NCBI GenBank assembly: GCA_963748415.1
Contig: CAVVJA010000017.1
Span: 28,854-52,853, forward strand
Origin: an uncultured Actinomycetota bacterium
Lineage (GTDB): Bacteria > Actinomycetota > Actinomycetes > Mycobacteriales > Jatrophihabitantaceae
Reading direction: 5' to 3'
Length of the DNA: 24,000 bases
A program made the position numbers and the translations under genes. Of the stretch, positions 7,977 through 15,409 are shown piece by piece (the first letter of the stretch is position 1; every line of letters starts with the position of its first letter). The notes beneath the pieces were generated by a model. It did not search any database, was not told where the DNA came from, and worked only from the letters and a program-made list of their open reading frames with translations.

Positions 7977-9521
7977 ATGAACGAGCGTGGGAAGTCAGAT
8001 GGGCCCGTAGTACCGACGAAGCCGCCGAACAAGGCCGGGGAAGCGGCCGCGGAGGTGGTGGAGGGAAGGCGCCCGGCCGAGGGGAACACGGCCGGCAAAA
8101 CGCATCCCGGACGCAGAGCCGGGCAAGGCGCGCCAAGCGGGCTGGATCGTGTACGTGAAGTAGCACGAACAGACAAGGATGCACGGTTCACGGCGCTGCT
8201 GCACCACGTCAACGTCGACCGTCTGCGGGCGGCCTACCGGGCGATCAGCCCGAAGGCCGCGCCGGGGGTGGACGGGGTGACGTGGGCAGCCTACGGGCAG
8301 GATCTGGAGGACAACCTTCAGGACTTGCACCGGCGGCTGCACGCAGGCAGCTACCGGGCAAGGCCGTCGCGGCGTGTCCTACATCCCGAAGGCGGACGGG
8401 CGGCAGCGGCCGCTCGGCATCGCCACGCTGGAGGACAAGATCGTCCAGCGGGCCGTCGTCGAGGTGCTCAACGCCGTCTACGAGGCGGACTTCCTCGGCT
8501 TCTCTTACGGGTTTAGGCCGGGACGCAACCCGCATGACGCGTTGGATGCGCTCACGGTCGGGATCTAGCGGAAGAAGGTGAACTGGGTGCTCGACGCGGA
8601 CATCCGCGACTTCTTCACCAGGATTGATCATGGCTGGTTGAAGAGGTTCCTCGAGCATCGAATCGCGGACAAGCGGGTCCTGCGGCTGATCGATAAGTGG
8701 CTGAGCGCGGGGGTCATCGAGGATGGGAACTGGTCGGAGACGAGGAGGGAACACCGCAGGGGGCATCGGTATCACCGTTGCTCGCCAACGTGTACCTCCA
8801 CTACGTCTTCGACCTGTGGGCCGAATGGTGGAGACGCCGGCACGCGCGCGGCGACGTGATCATCGTGCGCTGGGCGGACGACTTCATCGTGGGCTTCGAG
8901 CACCAAGATGATGCGAGGCGGTTCCTGAGCGAGCTTCGCGAGCGGTTCGCGAAGTTCGGGCTGGAGCTACATCCGGACAAGACGCGGCTGATCGAGTTCG
9001 GGCGGTTCGCCGCCCAGAATCGGCAGGCGCGGGGCCTCGGGAAACCGGAGACGTTCGACTTCCTGGGCTTCACGCACATCTGCGGGAACACGCGGAACGG
9101 GCGGTTCTGGGTGCGGCGTATCACGATCTCGAAGCGGATGCGGGCAAAGCTGCGAGAGGTCAAGGACGAGCTCAAGCGGCGCCGACATCAGCCCATCCCC
9201 GATCAGGGACGGTGGCTGGCGAGCGTAGTGCGGGGACACCGCACCTACTACGCCGTGCCAGGCAACAGCGAAGCGGTGCCACCTTCCGCACCCAGGTGAC
9301 CAGGCACTGGCACGAGGCGCTGGAGCGCCGCAGTCAGCGCACCGGATGAACTGGGACCGGATGGACCGCCTCGCGACGCGATGGCTGCCGCCCGCCCGCG
9401 TAGTGCACCCTTACCCGAGGCGCGCTTTCGCGTTCGCACCCGAGGCAGGAGCCCAGTGCGGTAGTACCGCACGCTGGGATCTGTGCGGGGGGCCGCCCGC
9501 AAGGGCGGTCCCTACCGCGAT
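7977..9521 (+). pseudogene. group II intron reverse transcriptase/maturase, disrupted (at least 4 frameshifts and 1 in-frame stop)
   Basis: RT sequence is spread over ORFs 7977..8516 ('[33 protein letters not shown]'), 8374..8568 ('[26 protein letters not shown]...[12 protein letters not shown]', ending in TAG 8566-8568), 8578..8859 ('NWVLDADIRDFFTRIDH', same frame as the previous piece), 8697..9299 ('GTPQGASVSPLLANVYLHY...VRWADDFIVGF...LHPDKTRLIEF') and 9346..9609 ('NWDRMDRLATRWLPPARVVHPYP'). Confidence 0.8.
9449..9521 (+). ncRNA. group II intron domains V and VI (inner intron 3' end)
   Basis: DV: GAGCCCAGUGCGG-loop-CCGCACGCUGGGAU with the AGC triad at 9450-9452. DV has a UAGUA-type (non-GNRA) loop. 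DVI: GCGGGGGGCCGCCC-GCAA-GGGCGGUCCC(UA)CCGC, with a bulged branch-point A at 9514. Confidence 0.7.
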
Positions 9522-9747
9522 AAGGCGGGTGCCGACACGGCCGCCGCGTGTTGTGAGGCATGGGGTGGTGAGAGGGAGCGCGTCGTACGGCGGAATCCGG
9601 AGACGCTGAGTACCGTCGCGGCGCCTGCTGGCGGACCGGCTCGTAGTAGCGGTGAAGCCCTGTAATGGGGGTGGAGCGAAGGGGCCGGCTCATCGATGGA
9701 TTTGTTCGCGCGAGCAACCGGGATCGAGAGGTTCTGGGAGGAGACGA

Positions 9748-11019
9748 GTGGGCAGGCCAGGTCAGGCTGAAAAGTCGTTTGATATTCCGAAGCAACTGGT
9801 GTGGGAGGCGTACGAGCGAGTCAAGGCGAACAAGGGTGCCGCCGGGGTGGATGGGCAGTCCATCGCCGGCTTCGAGGCCGATCTGCAGAACAATCTGTAC
9901 AAGATCTGGAATCGGATGTCGTCGGGGACCTACTTTCCGCCTGCGGTGCTGGCAGTGGAGATACCCAAGACCGGTAGCGGTGCGGGCACGAGGGTGCTCG
10001 GGGTGCCGACTGTCGCGGATCGGGTGGCGCAGACGGTGGCGGCGCTGACGCTGGAACCGCGGACGGAGTCGATTTTTCATTCTGACTCCTACGGGTACCG
10101 GCCAGGGCGCAGCGCGCTGGATGCGGTGGCGGTGTGCCGCACGCGGTGCTGGAAGAAGGCGTGGGTCATCGACCTTGATGTGGCCGCGTTCTTCGACAGC
10201 GTGCCGTGGGACCTGATGGTCAAAGCGGTCGAAGCCAACATCACCACCGAGCAGCGTTGGGTGCTGCTGTACGTGAAGCGGTGGCTACAAGCTCCGCTGC
10301 AGTTACCTGACGGCACGGTGCGGCAGCGGGACCGGGGGACCCCACAAGGGTCATCGATCTCGCCCGTACTGGCGAACCTGTTCCTGCATTACGCGTTCGA
10401 TTCGTGGCTAGCGCGCGAGTTCCCAACGGTGGAGTTCGAGCGGTACGCCGACGACGCGGTGGTGCATTGCGTGACCCAGCGGCAGGCACAGCAGGTGCTG
10501 GCCGCGCTCACGGCGAGGATGGCCGACGTCGGGCTGCGGCTGCACCCCGACAAGACCAGGATCGTGTACTGCAAGGACGGAGACCGGCGTCGCGAGCAGC
10601 ATGAGCACACGTCGTTCACCTTCCTCGGGTTCACGTTTACCCTGCGGCAGGCGCGGGGCAAGCACGGGCTGTTCAGCTCGTTCATGCCCGCGGCCAGCCG
10701 ACAGGCCCTCGCCGAGATGGGTCAGCGGGTTCGTCGGTGGCGGCTGCACCGGTGGGTCCAACGGGACCTGGCCGAGATCGCCGCGCAGATCAATCCGATC
10801 GTGGCGGGCTGGATCAACTACTACGGCCGGTTCTACCCGTCGCGGATAGTGCCCCTCCTGCAGCGCATCAACACCTACCTGATGCGCTGGGCAGGCATGA
10901 AATACAAACGGCTGCGGTCCTACAAACGCTTCAAGGCGTGGTGGTTCGGGATCATCGATCGAGACCCCGACCTGTTCGCGCACTGGCGCATGGTTCGCAC
11001 GTTCGCCGGACTGCGATGA
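9748..11019 (+). CDS. group II intron reverse transcriptase/maturase, intact, compact (423 aa), no endonuclease domain
   Basis: Part of ORF 9652..11019. I chose GTG 9748, preceded by GGGAGGAG (9735-9742). Motifs: 'GAAGVDGQS', 'GVPTVADRVAQ', 'SYGYRPGRSALDA', 'GTPQGSSISPVLANLFLHY', 'RYADDAVVHC', 'LHPDKTRIVY', and the maturase/X motif 'IVAGWINYYGRFY'. The protein ends shortly after the X domain. Confidence 0.9.
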   Translation: MGRPGQAEKSFDIPKQLVWEAYERVKANKGAAGVDGQSIAGFEADLQNNLYKIWNRMSSGTYFPPAVLAVEIPKTGSGAGTRVLGVPTVADRVAQTVAALTLEPRTESIFHSDSYGYRPGRSALDAVAVCRTRCWKKAWVIDLDVAAFFDSVPWDLMVKAVEANITTEQRWVLLYVKRWLQAPLQLPDGTVRQRDRGTPQGSSISPVLANLFLHYAFDSWLAREFPTVEFERYADDAVVHCVTQRQAQQVLAALTARMADVGLRLHPDKTRIVYCKDGDRRREQHEHTSFTFLGFTFTLRQARGKHGLFSSFMPAASRQALAEMGQRVRRWRLHRWVQRDLAEIAAQINPIVAGWINYYGRFYPSRIVPLLQRINTYLMRWAGMKYKRLRSYKRFKAWWFGIIDRDPDLFAHWRMVRTFAGLR

Positions 11020-11022
11020 GAA

Positions 11023-11096
11023 GAGCGGAGTGACGGGAGACTGTCACGCTCCGTTCTGTGGGAGCCCGGGGGTGCGATCCCCCCGGGCCACCCGAC
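11023..11096 (+). ncRNA. group II intron domains V and VI (outer intron 3' end)
   Basis: DV: GAGCGGAGUGACGG-GAGA-CUGUCACGCUCCGUUC (34 nt, AGC triad, GNRA loop). DVI: GGGAGCCCGGGGG-UGCGA-(U)CCCCCCGGGCC(A)CCC with a bulged A at 11090, then GAC. Confidence 0.75.
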
Positions 11097-11115
11097 TGTG
11101 GTTGAGGATCGGTGT

Positions 11116-12647
11116 GTGGCGAAGGGGTTTCGGCCGGTGCAGCGGGATCAGGTGTTTCTGTTGCCGCCGGATATGCGGCAGTGGCTGCCGGCTGATCATC
11201 TGGTGTGGTTTGTGTTGGACGCGGTGGCCGGCCTGGATCTGGCGGCGTTTTGGGGGCGACGTCGGCTCGGCGGGGCTGGGCGGGCGGCGTATGACCCGGC
11301 GATGCTGGTCGGCTTGTTGATCTACGGGTACGCGGTTGGGCAGCGGTCGAGTCGGCAGATCGAGCGGCTGTGTCACACCGATGTGGCGTTTCGGGTCGCC
11401 TGCGCGCAGGACGTGCCCGATCATGTGACGATCGCCCGGTTCCGGGCCGAGCACGAGACCGGCCTGGGCGGGTTGTTCGAGCAGGTGTTGATCGTCTGCG
11501 CTCGGGCCGGGATGGGGCGGGTCGGCGCTGTGGCCCTGGACGGCACCAAGATCGCCGCGAACGCTGCGCTGAGCGCCAACCGCGGCGAGTCGGCGCTGCG
11601 GGGGCTCGCCGCTGGCATTCTGGCCGAGGCTGCGGCGGTCGATGCCGCGGAGGATGAGCTGTTCGGGGATCGGCGGGGTGATGAGCTGCCGCCGGAGTTG
11701 GCTGACCCGGACGGGCGGGCGGCGCGGATCCGGCGGTTGCTTGATGACATCGCCGCCGAACGCGAGGCCAAGTCGGCCGACAGCGAACGGACTCGGCGGG
11801 CCGCCGAGCGGGTCGCGCAGGCCCGCGACAGGCTAGCCGACACTCGGGCCGAGGTCGGCCGCCGCAACGCCGAGCGGGCCCGCTGGGAGCAGCTGATCCG
11901 CGCCGGGGGCGGCAAAGGACTACCCGGCCGCGCGGTGCCGGTCGAGCAGCACTACGACGTCCGGGCTGCCGCCGCCCGACTGGCCCACGCGCAGGCGAAT
12001 CTGGCCCGCGCCGTGCACCCGCAATCAGCAGCGCCCGGCACGCCCGGGGAAGCCAAACGCAACCTCACCGACCCCGACTCGCGAATCATGCCCACCCGGC
12101 ACGGCTGGGTGCAGGGCTACAACTGCCAACTGGTGGTCAGCAGCGACTACCTCATCCTGGCCGCCGACCTGCACAACCGCCCCGGTGACGTCACCAGCTA
12201 CCAGCCGGTGATCGACCAGGCCGCCCAGGCCGCCCGCGCGATCCGCCGCGCCACCGGCCGCCGCAGCCGCATCGGCACCGTGCTCGCCGACGCCGGCTAC
12301 GCCAGCACCACCAACCTCACCTGCCCCGGACCGGACCGGCTCATCGCTCTCGGCACCCGACACCACCACCACACCGCCGCCCGCGACAACCCCGCCCACG
12401 GGCAACCACCCCACGACGCCACCCCGTGGCAACGCATGCACCACCGACTACGAACACCCGCCGGCGCCGCCGCTACCGACACCGCGCCGCCATCGTCGAA
12501 CCGGTCCACGCCCACCTCAAAGACCGCCGCGCTCTCCGCGCCTTTGCCCGCCGCGGACTCACCGCCGCCCGCAGCGAATTCCGCTTCGCCGCCGCCGTCA
12601 CCAACCTCCTGCGACTCCGCACCGCCCTCGCCAACACGGCAACATGA
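11116..12647 (+). pseudogene. IS1182-family DDE transposase with one frameshift near the C-terminus
   Basis: ORF 11098..12777 (probable GTG start at 11116, '(M)AKGFRPVQRDQVFLLPPDMRQWLPADHLVWFVLDAV...AYDPAMLVGLLIYGYAVGQRSSRQIERL...ALDGTKIAANA...VLADAGYAS'). It loses the conserved tail around 12461-12475 in a GCC-rich run. The tail 'YRHRAAIVEPVHAHLKDRRALRAFARRGLTAARSEFRFAAAVTNLLRL' continues in ORF 12426..12647. Confidence 0.8.
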
Positions 12648-12686
12648 TCAACAACAGAGTCCCAACCGCCACCGGCACCAACACGC

Positions 12687-12732
12687 AGCCAATTACGCAA
12701 CAGGCTCTATTGGCATTAACTCCAAGATCATC
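12687..12732. repeat. right terminal inverted repeat of the IS1182-family element
   Basis: Its reverse complement aligns with 7172-7218 (see the left IR). It ends about 20 bp downstream of the sensor-kinase stop codon (12752-12754). Confidence 0.6.
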
Positions 12733-12751
12733 CGTGGGGAGCCTCAGGCGA

Positions 12752-14314
12752 CTATGGGGCGCCCAGATAAAGGGTGACTTGCGCGCCGCCGGTTGGTGAG
12801 CTGCCGGTATCCATCCAGCCGCCACTGGCCTGCGCGCACCGGCGCGCGATCGACAACCCCAGGCCACTTGACCCTCGGTCGCTGCGTCCGCGGATCCCCG
12901 CTCCGTCGGGCAACCCGGGACCGGCGTCGCTTACGGTCAGCTCGGTCAGGCCGGACAGACTTGACAACCGCGGGCTGAACGCGGCTGCGCCACCCGACGG
13001 GCCCGGCGCGCTGACCGCACCCTCGGGGCTCAAGACTGCATTGAATCGGGCCGGTCCGGCGGCCGAGCCAGGCGCGAACGGCCGGCCCGCCGGTGCATCC
13101 AACGATGCCGCGGAGTCCGGGCCAACAAAGCCGGTCGGGCCCGCGCCTACCGAGCCGGTCAGGTCCCACGAGGTCGACGGGTTCGGGGATGCCGAGCGCA
13201 GCGACACGGCGAACGGCGTGCCTTCGGGGGTGTGCGCCACGACATTTTCGATCAGCGCGTCGACCGCCGCGGCCAGATCTTCGGCCGATGCGCGGACGAT
13301 GAGCGGACCGTCCGGAAGTGTCAGCGTGCATGCCCGTTCCTGCTCGTCGGTCAGGGCGGACCAGAACGCAACTCGATCGCGCACGACCGCGGTCGCGTCG
13401 GCGGACGGCAACCGGCCTTCTCGTTGCGGCCTCCGGGCGGCATGGATGACGGCAGTCAGGGTTCGCTCGAGGGCGGACGCCTGGGTCGCGATCCGCTCGC
13501 GCTCGGCCGGATCGCGCAGCGACTCCGACTCCAACCGCAGCGCGGTCAGTGGCGTTCGCATCCGGTGAGAGAGGTTCGCGACCGTCTCCCGTTCTTCGGC
13601 GACCAGCTCATCGATCCGGTCGGCGAGCTGGTTGAGCGATGCCCCGACTTCAGCCACCTCACGCGGCCCGTTCGTCGGGGCCCGAGCGGTGACGTCCCCG
13701 GCGGTCAGCAGGTGCGCGGTCTCGGCCGTCTGGACGAGGGGGCGAACGATGCGACGAGTCAGCAACTCGGCGCCGAACACGCTCACCACCAACAGCGCGA
13801 GGCTGCCACCGACGACCAGCATCAACCGCCCGACTTCACCGCTGTGCAAGGCAGCATTCGACACGTAGACCTGCACGAAGTACATGCCGTCGGGCAGCCG
13901 GAGGGCGAGCTCGGCGACCTGGCCACCGGGAATCTGACGTAATTGGGCCTGTTCGCCACCTTCTCCGCCGGGTGGTGGCCGGTTGTTCTCTGTCTCGTTC
14001 GGGGGCGACTCCGCTGGCGAGCCGTGGCCTGGCCCGGCGGCGCCGGGCGGCGCGGTGCCGAGCACGGTCCCGTCGGGCGTGCGCACGCTGGTGCGGCGGT
14101 CCTTGTTCTGCGCGAGCGCCTTCAAGTAGGACTCGATGGCGGCCTGATTGTTGTTCGTGCGAATGGTCAGCGCCACGTTGTTCGCTTGTAACACGGCCGC
14201 GCGCTCCGCGTTCTGGACCACGGAGGAGCGAATGAGCAGCGCCACCGGGATGGCGAACGCCAGGATGACAAGCGTCGTCAGCCCGACGACCAGGGCCATG
14301 ATCTGGCGGCGCAT
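12752..14314 (-). CDS. two-component sensor histidine kinase (2 TM, HAMP, HisKA, HATPase_c with a long low-complexity insertion)
   Basis: 520-aa ORF. TM1 'MALVVGLTTLVILAFAIPVALLI', TM2 'LMLVVGGSLALLVVSVFGAELL', H-box 'NLSHRMRTPLTAL', N-box region 'LIENVVAHTPEGT', G1 'VSDAGPGLP', G2 'GSSGLGLSIA'. ATG 14314 lies 1 nt after the response-regulator stop. Confidence 0.85.
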   Translation of the reverse strand: MRRQIMALVVGLTTLVILAFAIPVALLIRSSVVQNAERAAVLQANNVALTIRTNNNQAAIESYLKALAQNKDRRTSVRTPDGTVLGTAPPGAAGPGHGSPAESPPNETENNRPPPGGEGGEQAQLRQIPGGQVAELALRLPDGMYFVQVYVSNAALHSGEVGRLMLVVGGSLALLVVSVFGAELLTRRIVRPLVQTAETAHLLTAGDVTARAPTNGPREVAEVGASLNQLADRIDELVAEERETVANLSHRMRTPLTALRLESESLRDPAERERIATQASALERTLTAVIHAARRPQREGRLPSADATAVVRDRVAFWSALTDEQERACTLTLPDGPLIVRASAEDLAAAVDALIENVVAHTPEGTPFAVSLRSASPNPSTSWDLTGSVGAGPTGFVGPDSAASLDAPAGRPFAPGSAAGPARFNAVLSPEGAVSAPGPSGGAAAFSPRLSSLSGLTELTVSDAGPGLPDGAGIRGRSDRGSSGLGLSIARRCAQASGGWMDTGSSPTGGAQVTLYLGAP

Positions 14315-14315
14315 A

Positions 14316-15008
14316 TCACCCTTCCACGTCCGAGGGGGCCATCAGCCGAACCCCGACTCCGCGCACGCTGTCCAGGTAGCGCGGTTCGGCCGCCGTCTCC
14401 CCGAGCTTGCGGCGCAGCCAGGACAGGTGGACGTCGACGGTGCGGTCGGAGCCGCCCTACGCGTGCCGCCAGACCTCGGCGAGCAGGTCGCGCTTGGTCA
14501 CCACCTCGCCCGGCCGCCGGGCCAGCGCGAGCAGGAGGTCGAACTCCTTGCGGGCCAGCTCGACCGGGCGCCCGTCCAGGGTGACCTCCCGGCTGCGCTC
14601 GTCGATCGACCAGGCCGCCGACCGTGATCGGCTCCTCGACGAGCGGCGCCGCCGCGGCGCAGCACGGCGCGGACCCGGGCGTCGAGCTGGGCGGCGCTGA
14701 ACGGCTTGACCACGTAGTCGTCGGCGCCGGCGTCGAGTGCCTGGACGATGCTCGGCGTCGTCGTCGCGGGCGGTGGCCACGATCGATCGGGACGTCGCTG
14801 GCCGCCCGGAGCATCGAGAGCACGTCAGCCCCGTCGATGTCCGGCAGTCCGAGGTCGAGCAGGACGACGTCGGGTCGCTGGGCCACGGCCGACGTGAGGG
14901 CGCCCATGCCGGTGTCGACCGAGTTGACGGTATGCCCTGTTCCCGCAGGGCGCGCATCAACGCCGAGCGGATTGCCGCGTCGTCCTCAACGAGCAGGATC
15001 TGGACCAC
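14316..15008 (-). pseudogene. OmpR-family response regulator, frame-disrupted (about 5 frameshifts and an in-frame TAG)
   Basis: Recognisable sequence hops between three minus-strand frames: 'MVQILLVEDDAAIRSALMRALREQG', then '[40 protein letters not shown]', '[11 protein letters not shown]', '[19 protein letters not shown]', '[12 protein letters not shown]', and '[50 protein letters not shown]'. A TAG follows (14457-14459), then my own translation gives 'GGSDRTVDVHLSWLRRKLGETAAEPRYLDSVRGVGVRLM...' up to TGA 14316-14318. Confidence 0.8.
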
Positions 15009-15019
15009 GGGAGCGAAGG

Positions 15020-15385
15020 TCAGTTCGGTTGGTCGGATCCGCCGTCCGGGTGGTCGCCGCGCGGCTGGTTGCGCAGGTTGCGCAGGAACTCGGGGTCGTC
15101 ATCCGGGGCGACGGGCCGGCGGGGTGGGGCGGCGGGTCGGCCGAACTGGCCCGCCCAGCCTGCCCGCGGAGCGGCGGTGGGAGCCGGTGGCACGTCGGGC
15201 TTGCGCGGGCGCCCGACGGTGAACCAGAGCACGGTGCCCACGATGTTGAGCACCACGATCACGATCACCCAGACCGGTTTCGGGAGCAACCGGATCCGCT
15301 CCCGCGGCGCGGATATGGAATCGAAGAGTGCATAGAGCCAGAAGCCGAACGCGACGAGGGCGAGGAGGCCACCGAACCGGATCAT
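15020..15385 (-). CDS. small membrane protein with a PLD-nuclease-N-terminal-type (PLDc_N) two-helix domain and a Pro/Arg-rich tail
   Basis: 121-aa intact ORF. 'LLALVAFGFWLYALFD...LPKPVWVIVIVVLNIVGTVLWF' is the typical PLDc_N small-protein pattern. ATG is at 15385-15383. Confidence 0.65.
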   Translation of the reverse strand: MIRFGGLLALVAFGFWLYALFDSISAPRERIRLLPKPVWVIVIVVLNIVGTVLWFTVGRPRKPDVPPAPTAAPRAGWAGQFGRPAAPPRRPVAPDDDPEFLRNLRNQPRGDHPDGGSDQPN

Positions 15386-15409
15386 GGCTTCAGCCTAGGC
15401 TTGCTTGCT

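Larger units (their letters stand above)
7612..9521 (+). mobile_element. inner group II intron (about 1.91 kb) inserted in the ribozyme 5' half of the outer intron
   Basis: Second GTGCGCC at 7612. A decayed RT ORF starts at 7977. Domain V is at 9449-9482 and domain VI at 9485-9518, with a GCAA loop and bulged A 9514 seven nt before the 3' end (...GAT 9521). A possible EBS1 'CCCAC' at 7908-7912 is complementary to the 5'-flank 'GTGGG' at 7607-7611. Confidence 0.55.
7244..11096 (+). mobile_element. outer group II intron, interrupted by a second intron; own sequence = 7244-7611 + 9522-11096, about 1.94 kb
   Basis: 5' GTGCGCC at 7244 (GUGYG consensus). A structured domain-I-like RNA includes a 'GGAGGCUAAGAGUCUCC' tetraloop-receptor-like hairpin. 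An intact RT/maturase ORF lies at 9748-11019. Domain V is at 11023-11056 and domain VI has a bulged A at 11090. The 3' end '...GAC' is at 11096, directly abutting IS leader sequence. Confidence 0.6.
7172..12732 (+). mobile_element. IS1182-family insertion sequence (about 1.7 kb of IS sequence) expanded to about 5.56 kb by group II intron cargo in its 5' leader
   Basis: Imperfect terminal inverted repeats: 7172-7218 'GATGATCTTTGAGATATGGGCGCTATTGAGCCTGTTGCAAAATTGCC' versus the reverse complement of 12687-12732 'GATGATCTTGGAGTTAATGCCAATAGAGCCTGTTGCGTAATTGGC'. They enclose an IS1182-type transposase gene. Ends are good to about +/-10 bp. No target-site duplication was identified. Confidence 0.65.

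Noticed and set aside
9334-10983. Minus-strand ORFs 9334..10080 (248 aa) and 10408..10983 (191 aa)
   Set aside because: They are antisense to the intact RT2 gene and show no motifs, so they are shadow ORFs.
9748-11019. RT2 as a stand-alone defence-type reverse transcriptase (retron, DRT or Abi-like)
   Set aside because: It has the group II maturase X motif ('GWINYYGRFY'). It is followed within 4 nt by a canonical domain V/VI, so it is an intron-encoded protein, not a free-standing RT system.
7244-11096. Simple tandem arrangement of two complete introns (7244-9521 and 9522-11096)
   Set aside because: The second unit would lack a GUGYG 5' end and would have only about 226 nt before its RT. 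The first would have about 730 nt before its RT and an internal second GTGCGCC. The nested model gives two normal-sized introns. A tandem arrangement with a 5'-truncated second intron remains the main alternative.
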